The notes under the pieces were generated by a model. That model was not told the DNA's origin and searched no databases. It saw only the letters and a program-made list of their open reading frames with translations. Positions 49,730 through 62,758 of a stretch of 64,000 nt of DNA are shown here, piece after piece (positions within the stretch are counted from its first letter, which is position 1; the number at the start of each line of letters is the position of its first letter). This DNA is from Octopus sinensis (Eukaryota). The stretch is from the NCBI RefSeq assembly GCF_006345805.1, contig NC_043000.1, positions 23,436,001 through 23,500,000 of the forward strand, in the 5' to 3' direction. The translations under genes and the position numbers were made by a program.

Positions 49730-50540
49730 GGCCAAGTGAATCGTTAGCACGCCAGGTGAAGTGCTTAGCGGTATTTCGTCTGCTGCTGCATTCTGAGTTC
49801 AAATTCCGCCGAGGTCGACTTTATCTTTCATCCTTTCAGGGTCGATAAATTAACCCTTTAGTGTTTAAACTGGCCATATCAGGCCAAAATTGTCTTCCTG
49901 TTTTATGCTCAAACTAGCCAGCTCTAACCTCTCACACCTACCCTACAAAGTCATTCTAAAAATAAACAGGGACATCATCAAAATCTCAGAGTTACAAGAT
50001 GCTGTACAAGTAATTTAAAACAATATAATTAAACAGGCTTTACATTTGCAGATTAATCTGAATGCTAAAGGGTTAAGTACCTGTGATGCACTGGGGTCGA
50101 TGTAATCAACTTAATCATTTGTCTGTACTTGTTTGTCCCCTCTATGTTTTGCCCCTTGTGGGTAGTAAAGAAATAGGTATTTCGTCTGCCATTATGTTCT
50201 GAGTTCAAATTCTGCCGAGGTCGACTTTGCCTCTCAACCTTTTGGGGTCGATTAAATAAGTACCAGTTACGTACTGGTGTTGATATAATCGACTTAATCC
50301 ATTTGTCTGTCCTTGTTTGTCCTCTCTGTGTTTAGCCCCTCGTGGGTAGTAAGGAAATAGGTATTTCGTCTGCCGTTATGTTCTGAGTTCAAATTCTGCC
50401 GAGGTTGACTTTGCCTTTCATCCTTTTGGGGTCGATTAAATAAGTACCAGTTTTGCACTGGGGTTGATGTAATCGACTTAATCTCTTTGTCCTTGTTTGT
50501 CCCCTCTATGTTTAGCCCACCTGTGGGCAATAAAGAAATA
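49730..50540 (+). mobile_element. Tandem array of Meta-like SINE bodies with a TTAA MITE (49854-50072) inserted in the first
   Basis: Three repeats of ggtatttcgtctg...aagaaata. The MITE has TTAA TSDs at 49850-53 and 50073-76. Confidence 0.75.
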
Positions 50541-51186
50541 AATATTCTGCCTAACCAAGGGTTTGGTATTTTGGCTCTATCAATATAATATGACGTAATG
50601 GTTGTGAGCTGGCAGAATCGTTATCACACTGGGCGAAATGCTTAGTGGTAATTCATCTGAGGTTGACTTTGCCTTTCATCCTTTTGGAGTCAATAAATTA
50701 AGTACCAGTTACATACTAGGTTCGATCTAATCAGCTGGCACCTTCTCCCAAAATTTTGGGCCTTCTGCCTAGAGGAGAAAAGACTATAATATGAATATTT
50801 CTATTGTTTCTCATCAATTGTGTTAAGCATTTTCAGTAAGTTTCTCTAAATATTTCTTATTAAAAGTGGCAACAACACAAAAGGACAAAGGAATCATTTT
50901 AAATGAAGAAATTTTTTATTAATTCATCATTATCATCATTTAACATCTGTTTTCCATGCTGGCATGGGTTGGGTGGTTTCACAGGTGGTGGCAAGCTGCC
51001 CAGACTCCTATTGTCTGTTTTGGCATGGTTTTCTGGATAACCTTTCTAATGCCAACCACTTTATAGAGTGTACTGGGTTCTTTTTAAGTGACACCAACAG
51101 AAGGGCTGTGAGGTGATAAGTTATCAATGATTCCATGAAGGGATCAAATATATATATGTATTGTGTTACTTATTAAATGGTGATTA

Positions 51187-52523
51187 TGTTGGGTTGAGGA
51201 ATAATTCATGAGGGTTTTTTTTTCAACTTTAAAAATGCACACAGAAATAAAATGGATTAACAAAATGTTTTATGTTATTTAAAACAAAGTTTTTGGCTCT
51301 ACAAGATAGTGTGTTTTGATTTTTTAATTTTATTGACTTTTGTGTATTTTTAGATCATTAAAATGGAATGTCAAATGGACAAAACTGAGCCTTTTTGACA
51401 CCAGTTGCTTTTTGTATTTAATCGAGGTGTTAAGGCTGCTGAAACTGCTCATGAGATTTGTGCTGTGTGTGGAGAAGGAGCAATGCTTCAAAGTACTGCC
51501 TGTCATTGGTTTCTGTGCTTCAAAAATGGGAATTTTGACCTCAAGGACAGATCACACAATAGTTGAGCAACTGAGTTCGATGAAAAGCAATTGAATCAAC
51601 TTCATCGTCATTATCATCATCATCGTTTAACACTCGTTTTCCATGCTAGCATGGGTTGGATGGTTTGACCGGGGTCTGGGAAGCCAGGAGGCTGCACCAG
51701 GCTCCAGTCTGATCTGGTAGTGTTTCTACAGCTGGATGCCCTTCCTAACACCAACCACTCCGTGAGTGTAGTGGGTACTTTTTACATGCCACCGGCACAG
51801 AGGCTAGAGGAGGCTGGCAACGTCCATGATTGGTTGGTGCCTTTTACATGCCACCAGCATGGACGCCAGTCAAGGCGGTGCTGGCATTGGCCACGTTCGG
51901 ATGGTATTTTTTACATGCCACCGGCACGGGTGTCACAACTACAATTGCCTTTGATTTTTATTTTGATGTTGATGTACTTGACTCAATAGGTCTCCTCAAG
52001 TACACAAGGTCGCCCTATGATCTGAGGTAAGCCCAGCAGACCATCCCGCAAGCCATGAACTCACTTCATTTATTGGGTTTTCCACATCAAACAGCCAGAG
52101 AATTGGTGGAGCAGATGGATTGTGATAAAAAAATCTGTGGTGAATAACCTTCACTCCATGGGCAAGGTTCACATTGCCAATATGACCAAAGCCATGATTC
52201 AAGAAGTTGAATGGGAAGTGCTACCTCATCCTCCATACTCTCCAGACTTGGTGCTGTTGGATTTTCATCTCTTTCAACTGCTTTTGAATGCTTTGCATGG
52301 CGTATCGTTCAATAATGATGTAGAATTGAGGGCTTGGTTAGACGAATTCTTTGAGTCAAGACTGGGAGATTTCTATAGCAAAGGATCAAAAAACTTATTG
52401 AATGATGGGAGGAAGTTGTAAACAACAAAGGAGAGTATATTATTGATTGATTTTTTTGTTTAAAATAAATTTGAAAAAAAAAACAAAACAAAAAGCACTC
52501 ACAAATTATTCCTAAACCTAATA
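51187..52523 (+). mobile_element. Degenerate mariner transposon, interrupted by a (GAT)n-tailed repeat (about 51603-52120)
   Basis: Imperfect TIRs (ttgggttgaggaataatt / aattattcctaaacctaa). N-terminal KAAETAHEICAV.GEGA....CHWF..FKNGNFDL and C-terminal WEVLPHPPYSPDL..DFHLF. Confidence 0.85.
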
Positions 52524-54040
52524 TATAAGGTATTAAGTCACCTACAGACACTCTCCAGACTCTGGACCACAGGAGTGCTGCCTCTTGCCTCTGACTTTTC
52601 TACCATTACTATAATGACCTCTGCTCCTCAGAGCTGGATGAGCTTATATCACCACTCAGGTATTCCTTCCCAACTTTGTCTCTCCTCCTCTTGTTGTGTT
52701 CACCCCATTCTCTGGCTATACACTAATTATTATTCTTAGTCTTTCCTTACCAGAATGTTAACCTTCTGGAATTCCTTCCCTTGACTTACAAAGCTTCAAC
52801 AGAAATATTAATGGTATCAGTAACATGAATCAAAAGGCGGTGAGCTGGCAGAAATGTTAGCAAACTGGGCGAAATGCTTAGTGGTATTTTGTCTGCCGCC
52901 ACGTTCCGAGTTCAAATTCCACCAAGGTCGACTTTGCCTTTCATCCTTTCGGGGTCGATAAATTAAGTACCAGTTACACTATGGGGTCGATGTAATCGAC
53001 TTAATTCGTTTGTCCCCTCTGTGTTTAGCCCCTTGTGGGTAGTAAAGAAATAGGTATCAGTATCGTGAACCTTAAAGAACCTGCAAAGGTGCCAAGAGCA
53101 CTGCAACATGTCTCCAGACCCAAAAAGTAACAAAGCAAAAAGAAGGAAAAAAAAAAAAAGAAAAGAAAAGACATTTATAAATGCAGGTAACATTAAAAGC
53201 AGTTTTATTGTCATCAACATTGGGACCACCATGATACTATAAAGACAGAATGGCTTGTGTTTCTTAACAAACAATTTGTATAATAAAATATTTCATTTCA
53301 GCAGAAAATTGCAACATCTGAAAGAATCGCTCTGTTGTCTTACAACAGAATCAGAATCTTTAATTTCAGTTTGGTTATATCAGTGTAGAAGAACCAGAGA
53401 TCATAAATCAGAAAACAATTTCGACAAAATAAGGGATTGGAAATAGCCCGGACAAAAATGTTATGTTTATTTAATTAATCATAAAGTAGAGCAACAGCCC
53501 TGACAACTTTACTTATCATTCTGTTCAGCAGAGTATGCATACATTAAATCATTCAGGAACAAAAGCAAAATTACAATGTGTTGAGTGTACCAGTACCAGT
53601 GGAGTTTATTTTTTGACAAAAGCACTTCACATTCATATATATATATATGTGTGTGTGAGTGTATGTATATATATATATTTTATACTTTTTGAGATCTGGT
53701 TATAAGTTATATATTATAAAAAAAAATTATTTCTATATATTTCTTAAATGGCTTATAAACACCTTCCACGCTGCAATTGTTTTCGTTTCAGCACACGATC
53801 TCAGATCAAATTACTTGCTATGCGAGTACATCTCCGTAATATATATATATTATTTGTTATTTATGTATTGGTTTACGTCTATCACTGTTTGAGTTGCATA
53901 ATAGTGGTTTTATCTCTAATTTATATATTTATACTGTGAAATTTGATTTATTACTAAATTGAATTTTTCCCTGTAAGTTTGGAGTTATACTCCCTAATAT
54001 TATCATTATTATTATATATATATATACACACATATATATA

Positions 54041-54427
54041 CAGGGTGTTCAAAAAGTCTCTCTGCAGTGAATGGATTATTTCGAAGGGACAAGGCCACTA
54101 AAATCACCTGATTTAACACTACCAGAGTTTTTTTTCTAGGGAGCAAGTAAAGGATCAGTGTACAAGAATATCCCGAAAACCATTAATGAGCTAAAAGACA
54201 CAATCATAACCTTCACATGGTTCATACCACATCAGACTCTCCAAGATGTATTTCAAAACATGTGTAGAAGAATCAATTTATGTATTGAAAATGAAGGATG
54301 AAACTTTCATCACCTCTTATAAAGTTTTTTAAAGTCTTGTAAAGTCTAATATATTCTTTTGTAGTCTTATTCCATCTTATATTTATTTTGCAATAAAATA
54401 CTGCGGAGAGACTTTTTGAACACCTTG
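54041..54427 (+). mobile_element. Tc1/mariner-superfamily deletion derivative (MITE)
   Basis: TA-flanked TIRs CAGGGTGTTCAAAAAGTCTCTC / GAGAGACTTTTTGAACACCTTG. Internal remnant SPDLT...PKTINELKD.I...RRINLCIENEG.NFHHLL. Confidence 0.8.
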
Positions 54428-57303
54428 TATATATATAAATCTCTGTTGATTCACCAGAAGCAACAAATTACAGAACTCAGTAGAAACTCTGAGTAACAGT
54501 TTTTGTGAATTCAATACAAATGTAGATTATTCTTTAATATATTATAACTGAAAGGTTCCGATTTCCAGTACTCCAAGTTGCTCCTTTCTGATCATCAGCT
54601 GGTAAACTTATCCTGACTTCCTTTGCAATAGTCACTGTCTGAATATTTTTTGAAATATGAAATGTAAGTTTGAAGGAAACGCTCACCGTTATGCTCTTGC
54701 ATTTAAGAATCTTTTGTGAACAACACGTGCAAACACGGCTGCTTGAAGCTCAAGCTTTTTATTTCATTTTTTATATAAATACAGGCCAAAGCATACAATA
54801 ATAATATAACTATAATTATGCATTTAGTACCACACACACACACACACATTAGTGAAATTATTAAAAAAATATCTAACAGTCTAATCCTTTTATATTTATT
54901 CAATATGAACAAAATTTAAATTTATACATTTTAATTAAAAACCAATTCATATAATGAGAGATCTGGAGGGATTTTTAACTTTTCCATTATTAAGCTGGCG
55001 TTAGGGATATAACAAGAGTCTTGCATAAAATTATGACGGAAGGTTTTTTTAATATGAATCCTGTAAAACGAGATATTTTGTATTACAGAACTGCAGGTGG
55101 TCTCAAGCAGATTGGTATTGAAAGGGTTAAATTGAGATACAAATTCAGATAAAAGAAAAAAAAAATGAAAAACAGCATGAACCACTTGACAAAAACGGAA
55201 AAAATATCATAGCTCAGTTTTTCCACTATCTTATTGCTATAAATTTATATTTATATATTTATATACACTCATAAAAATCCAAGATAGTCAAATATATGTA
55301 GCTTTGTTTATCACTGACCCAGGATAAAACAGTACGCTCAGTTGTGAACCATGTTATGCTTATCACAGAATGGACTGATTATCTCTCGTTTGCATATTTT
55401 ATATAAGGATTTATGTATTCGGACTCATCAACACGTCACCAGTGAACAGAGAAAATATGGAGGTGCCTGATCCCAACAAATGATGCAGATGAGTGTGTTT
55501 TCTACTGGAAAAAGTAGATCAAGAAAATAGATGATGGTAGAGGCCTTGTGGCTGTGCGCCATGATTTTGGTAGCAATGAATCTATTATTTTGTTCCATTT
55601 ACAAAGTGCATAGAGATGATTCCTTTACCAGCTTTTCCTTTTTAACCAAACCCCTTTGATAAACAAGGATAGAAGTATATGTATATATTGTAATATTTGT
55701 AGAATCAAGAGAAATTTTCAGCTTAATTTAAATCAACATTAACGATGTTAGAGAAAGGATAAAATATAAACCTTAGAAAATAAACAAATTAGTTGAATTA
55801 AAATTGTTTCTATTCAGTGAAGCATTTTAAAGAAAAAGTAAGTCTGATTATCTTAGACTTTTGGCATAATTTTAAGACTTATAACTTGAATACTGTAACA
55901 AAGAATACTCCAAACAAGAACGCAGACTTAAAAAGATGCTCTGTATTTCTCAGATTTAACTCAGATACACATTTTTAAGCTGGAATATTACAGTTCTATA
56001 TAAAATTCTTTTATTCATTCATTTGTTTCAGTCATTTGATTGCAGCCATGCTGGAGCACTGCCTTTATTTGAACAAATCGACACCAGCACTTGTTCTTTC
56101 TAAGCCTAGTACTTATCCCATCAGTCTCTTTCACCGAGCTGCTAAGTTACAGGTACGTAAACACACCAACATCGGTTGTCAAGCGATGGTGGGGGGGGGA
56201 CAAACACAGACGCAAACATTTATACACACACACACACACACATGTATATATATATATTCATGAAAAAAACAAAAAACAAAGACAGGTGGTGTAGAAAACA
56301 AACAGATGTATTAGTATAATGCTCAGGAATTGAAAATGTCTTTAACGTTTCGCGCCTACGCTCTTCCACAGAAAGAAACAAGGAGAGAAAAAAAAATGTG
56401 AGTAGTAGCTACCGATCTATCTATACTTTTTGCATAACCATCATTTTATATCTGTTTTCCAAGTTGGCATAGGTTGGAAAGGTTGCTACAGTCCAAGTTG
56501 GTTCTTATTGGGAGTTACTGCCTTCTTAGAAAGGTCAAGAGGAACACATCTTGCCCAAAGTTTAATTTTTGGTTTCATTTCTATGGTTGGGTACCTTTTC
56601 TAACACCAACCACTTTACAAAGTGTACTGGATGCATTTTATCCTGTTACTAACCCTGAAGAAGTTGTCAACTCCTTGACAAGGCTAAAGCGGACCTCTCA
56701 ATCGGTCTCAGCTCATTCACCAACTACTTTACAGCACCCTGACTACATTTTATAGTGGCACCAACACTATAAAGTTAAAAGTCTATTAATAAATTTGCAG
56801 CTACTGTTTGTACATTCAGTTTCAGTTTTAGAGTCAGTCCACTCTGTAAAGTGGTTGACAATAGGAAGGGCATCCGGCCATAAAAACCATGCCAAATCTG
56901 ATTGTGATGGTGCTGGTACCACTTGAAAAACACCCAGTCTATTCTGTAAAGTGGTTGGCATTAGGAAGGGTATCTGACCATAAAATTCATGCCAAAACAG
57001 AGGAGCTAGGTGCAGTTCTCTGCATCACTGGGTCGTCAAATTGTCTAACCCATGTCAGCATGGGAAATGGACATTAAATGATGATGATTGTAATGAAGTA
57101 ACTGGTTTATTTAAATGTAGATAAATTTATAAACTGTAGGGAGAACATAACATTGATATTTAGAAATAAAATCTTGGTCTGAGAGAAAATTCCATTTTCT
57201 TGACTCCATGGAACATCGACTTTACAGAATTATTCTTTATACACATAAATCATTGTAAATTTCTTGAGTAGTTTTTTTTTTAAAAGCTTATTCTTTAGCT
57301 TAA

Positions 57304-57523
57304 CCCTTTCGTTACTGTATTTATTTTGAGATGCTCTGTTTTTCTTTCATTTACTTTAAATACAACAAAAAATTTAGTGAAATAATTTAGTTATCATTAA
57401 GCTAGTGTTAGGAACATAAATTGTGACTAAGGTTTGGTGGAAGATTTTAATTCAGAACTTATGAAAACAAGACATTTGTACTCAGAAACAGAGCCGGTTT
57501 CAGCTGGATTGGTAATGAAAGGG
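57304..57523. mobile_element. piggyBac-type TTAA MITE (about 220 bp)
   Basis: TTAA TSDs and the same CCCTTTCGTTAC TIR as 6008-7077. Further copies at 58826-59044 and 59065-59265; diverged copy at 60530-60750. Confidence 0.8.
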
Positions 57524-58825
57524 TTAAAGCTGTTCCTTGAAAACATATAGCAATGATCCTTGACCATTTTTTCCCATGGACCCCCTTGGTTACTCTTCTA
57601 TTCTGGTGGACCCCAAAGCCATTGAATGTTTGAAAACTAGTTTTATGGATACTTTTATCCAAATTCCTATTCTATTTTTTTGATGCATTGCGTATGCTGA
57701 AGTATGTAAAACATTAGAGAAAAGAAATTTGGTGGTTTCTTGCAAGAGACACATCCAAATTAACATTTTTTCATAGATCTACCACCCTAGGAGTCATATG
57801 GCCTTCAGTTGAGAACCACTGATACACGGTGATGGAGATGTTTCCAGATTTAGCTATAAATTGTCATGAAATAAAACAGCCATCTTTACCAATACTCCAA
57901 CAATTTGTGCTCATCATCATCGTTCAACGTCTGCTTTCCATGCTAGCATGGGTTGGACGAATGACTGAGGGCTGGCGAACCAGATGGCTACACCAGGCTC
58001 CAATCTGATCTGGCAGAGTTTCTACAGCTGGATGCCTTTCCTAATGCCAACCACTCCAAGAGTGTAGTGGGTGCTTTTACGTGCCACGCTCAAATGGTGC
58101 TTTTTATGTGCCACCAGCACAGGAGCCAGTCCAGCGGCACTGGCAATGACCTCGCTTGAATGTTTTTTCACGTGCCAGTAAGGCGACGCTGGTAATGATC
58201 ACACTCGAATGGTGCTTTTTACATGCCACCGGCATGGAAGCCAGTTAGCTGCTCAATTAGTAACAAAATCAGTTAACTAAGGTAACCCATGTTTTCTTTC
58301 CCTTCAGATCAATGGCTGATGTTTACTGTTCCTATATAAATAAATAAATAAATGAACTCCCACACAAACTGGTCTCTCATTCATGGAAAGCATTGGAATA
58401 ACATTTTCCCTAATCATTATCAGTGAAAGAAAATGAATATACATGTTTCAACAATACAACTCTTTCTTCAGTTTAAGAATACCATTCATGATCATGTAAG
58501 TACCAAGTAACCATTCTACATACATTCCGTTGGCCAACAATCTTTGCTGATGTGTGTGTGTGTGTGTGTGTGCGCAAGCAAGTGTGTATGCTTGAGTCTG
58601 CTTGTTTGTGATATTGCACGATAGAGTTGTAAACGAGAGTGACTTAAACAAGCAGTGTCATCATTCGTTTCCAATATTCTGTGATAACATATCTGGCAAT
58701 AGGGAAATATTACCTGACACCTGGCACTAGAAAATCTGCCTCAATAAAAGCTTTATCCAATACAAGCAAGCAAGGAAAACTGGATGTTAAAACAACAAGG
58801 GTGGTGATACTTTGGCCTTCTTTAA

Positions 58826-59265
58826 CCCTTTCGTTACTGTATTTATTTTGAGATGCTCTGCGTTTCTTTCAATTAATTTTAAATATAAGAAAGAATTTAG
58901 CAAAATAACTTAGTTATCATTAAGCTAGTGTTAGGAACATAAATTGTGACTAAGGTTTGGAAGATTTTAATTCAGAACTTATGAAAACAAGACATTTGTA
59001 CTACAGAGCCAGAGATAGTTTCAGCCAGGTTGGTATCGAAAGGATTAAATTGATCATTTGTTAAGCCTTTTGTTACCATATTTCTATTGAGATGCTCTGT
59101 GTTTCTTTCAATTAATTTTAAATATAAGAAAGAATTTAGCAAAATAACTTAGTCACAATTTATATTCCTAACACTAGCTTAATGATAACTAAGGTTTCGT
59201 GGAAGATTTTAATTCAGAACTTTACAGAGCTGGAACCAGTTTCAGCCAGGTTGGTAACGAAAGGG
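58826..59265. mobile_element. Two adjacent TTAA MITE copies
   Basis: Both bounded by TTAA and TIR-like ends. The second has an internal micro-inversion and a deletion. Confidence 0.75.
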
Positions 59266-61207
59266 TTAAAACATTGCATTATTTAAGTTTATTTTTGTTG
59301 TTTTTGGATATTACACTGCTTAGATATTTCTTTGAATTTCATTGTTTTTTCAATTTCAATCAGAGAATTAAAAATTTTTATGAATTTGTTTTTTTATTAT
59401 TGTAATTGTCCCTCTCCAACACATCATCATCAACATAATTTAACATCCATTTTCCATGCTGGCATGGGTTGACAGTTTGACAGGAGCTGGTGAGCCAGAG
59501 GGCTATACTAGGCTCTATTTCTGTTTTGGCATGGTTTCTATGGCTGGAGGCCCTTCCTAAATGCCAACCACTATACAGAGCGTACTGGGTGCTTTTTACA
59601 TGGTACTGGCCTGAGATCCCATCACCCACCAAAAAGCAAAACAGAATTTGAAAGAACTGAGGACAGTGTACAGAAAACAATATCCTAAGTATTGTGTTAG
59701 GATCTTTTGACAGTAGAAGAATGTGAAGAGCAACTGGTCAGTTTTGGCATGCAATAAATAAATAAAATTCTAAAAAAATAAATAAGAAAAGAAAATAAAT
59801 CTGTGTAAATCTTTAGTTTATTTCAGCTGAACATCACTGATATGGGTAATGTTTTGAAGAAGAAAAGACTTGTGTATAAAACAGGCGTCTGTCAGGAAGA
59901 AAAAAAAAAGGAAAAATATGTAAACACAGACAATGAAAACCAAAAAAATAGAGGACTTTTGAATGATGATTTTGGAAGAATTCAAATATTTTGTATCATT
60001 TAAACCTTTTCAAAAAAAAAAAAAAGGAAAAAAAAAAAAGAAATGAAATGGGGATAAAAACAAGACAAAAAAATTATAAAAGAAAGGAGAAAAGAAAAAA
60101 AAAATCAACTGAAGCTGGACCTTCTGGGAATTGGTTAAACAATACAAATAAATGAAACAAACAATATCAGCAAAAATAGATTCAGAGAGAAAATTTATAA
60201 ACCAGACAAATTCTGAAGATCAATTATAGATGAGTTTAGGAACGAAAAGACTAACAATAAGGGTAGAATATAAAATAATAGTTCAAAATCTCCCATAGTC
60301 TTTGTAAACGGTGTACCTAATTGCTTTTCTTCATGATTTTAACATTAGTAGCAGCCATTTTTGTGTTTGCAGCCAAATATTAAAAAAAAAAAAAGTAAAA
60401 GAAAAAAAAAGTTTTCACTGGTCAGTTTTTGGTAAAAGTTCACTGACCACCATATAAACACCAGCTAACTTAAAGTAGCTGTTATTAAAAGTATTAGCGT
60501 TACCATCATGATCATAGGTAGATGCATCAACCCTTTTGTTACCATATTTTTGTTGAAATACACTTTGTTTCAGTCAGTTTTGAAAGTAATGAAGGATTTA
60601 GTAAAATAACTTTGCCATTACCAAGCAAGTGTTTGTAAGATAAATAAACATGAAATTTTGATGGTAGGTTTTAATTTAAATTGCTTTAAAACAGGAACTT
60701 TGTATTATAAAACCAGAGACAGTTTCGGGTGCATTGGTATCAAAAGGGTTTAAGTTAACATAGTTGCAAACTCAATCAGCGTCAACACTTAATGAAAGGA
60801 AATTATAATTCAATATGAATAGAGAGTGAGAGAGAGAGAGAGAAAAAGAAAGAAAAAGACATCTTTGGAAATCAATGATCTCACTGAAGAACTGAACAAG
60901 AAAAACTAGCAGAAAAATAGAATTGTGAAAAAAAAAAAAAAAGGGTGGGGGGCAATCTGTTTATGTCTAAACTTCTGCTATATTCACTTTTTCAGATTTA
61001 GAAGAGGAAAAAAAAAAACAAAAAACAAAAAAAAAAAACACCCATTGACTACATTTAGCGTAAGAGAATCAGCATCATCAACATCGGTGGAAACAGAATA
61101 CAGAGAGAGAAAGCCTATTTCAGGCTCAAGAAACAGGAAGGATGAACAAGATAATTGAAAATAGATCAATACCATATGCATTGTATATGTGTGTGTGTGT
61201 CTGCAAA

Positions 61208-61238
<31 letters not shown>

Positions 61239-62098
61239 AACAAGTGCAAATGCATCTGTGGAGGGGAATGTCTACAGGTTTGTGTCGTAGGAGTGTGTAA
61301 ATGTATGTGCATGTGTAAGAAAAAAAAAAAAAAATTATAGGCACAGGCATAGCCAAGTGGTTAAAAAGTTTGCTTTGCAATCGTGAGGCCTCCAGGTTCA
61401 ATCTCGTCATATGGCATCTTGGGCCAGTGTCTTTTACCTTAACCTGTGGCTGACCCAAGTCTTGTGAGTGAAACTGGGCAGATGGAAACTGTGTGGAAGC
61501 TCATCGGATGGACTATACTTGTAATTCAAAGGGACCAGCTTTGTCACACATCATCGTGTCATGCTGATTCTTCCAAAGGATTACAATAAGAGTACATTTG
61601 TCTGTGGAACACTCAGCCAGTTGGTTGCTTGTAGCTCAGTTGGATGAGCAACTGAAGCACTCAGCTTCGAAACCGAAGGCAGATCCACTTTATATATATA
61701 TGTTAATAATGCACGGATATGTCAGGATGTTGCTTTACAGATATGTCTATATAGAAGTGTACCTGAATGTCGATGTATAGCTGTTTATATAGGGGTGTAC
61801 CCTCATTTTGATATACAGATGTTTATATAGGGTGATGAATGAGGCTGTTTCTATAGGAGTGTGTGTGTGTGTGTGCGCATATGTGTGTGTAAAGTGTTTG
61901 TGTGTGAGTGTCTGTGGATGTTTACAGCAGTATTATGCATTTGTTGTATGTGGCCATATCCCTATGTTCACATACAAATATATCTCAGAACATAAATGTG
62001 GTACAGTATACCAGCATACAGGTATTACAATGAATGGGCTTATTTGTGGAAACCTTGAGCACAGCTGTTACAGCCTGTATAACAAGTACAACTACATA

Positions 62099-62134
<36 letters not shown>

Positions 62135-62207
62135 TGGATAATAAAACAAATGGTTTACACCTGGTAGCTTACTGGTAAAGCACGGTCACTTTTCACAGTG
62201 ATCGTTA

Positions 62208-62445
62208 TGTATATGGCAAATGAAAAACGGAAGATGGAATATACGAGAATTTATTATGAATCACATCAATTGTTATGACACATCTAACGTCGATCCCTCA
62301 TGGGTGGGACACTCAACAACTGGTTCAGGAGCATCCGGCGGTGCAGATGTATTTCGTCAGGTGATGCTAGATGTGTCGAAACAATTGTCCTGATTAATAA
62401 TAAACTCTTGTATATTCCATATTCTGTCTTTCATTTGCCATATAT
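62208..62445. mobile_element. Inverted repeat, probable Penelope-like pLTR pair with decayed hammerhead
   Basis: tatatggcaaatgaaa...tttcatttgccatata arms. The right arm has gatgc-tagat-gtgtc GAAA caattg TC. Confidence 0.5.
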
Positions 62446-62552
62446 ATATACTTAATCATATCAAAGAGAAATGGAAATTAATAGAAATTTTCACTTCCAG
62501 TGGCCTAACGTGTAAAAATTTAGTCCAAAGACTATGTATTAGTCATAAAATA

Positions 62553-62758
62553 CAGTGTACATTTAAACACATAAGTAATCCACTCGTGGGATTCAACACG
62601 CTAGAAAGAACAGCTATGTTTCATAACCAGGAAACTAAATGGTAAAATGTTTTTATTTTTTTCCTTTCATTCCTAATTTTGTGGTTATGGAACCTAGCTG
62701 TTCTTTCTAGTGTGTTGAATACCACGAGTGGATTCCTTATGTGTTTAAATGTACACTG
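62553..62758. mobile_element. Foldback MITE with about 80-bp TIRs
   Basis: TA|CAGTGTACATTTAAACACATAAG...CTTATGTGTTTAAATGTACACTG|TA. TA TSD suggests the Tc1/mariner type. Confidence 0.8.
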
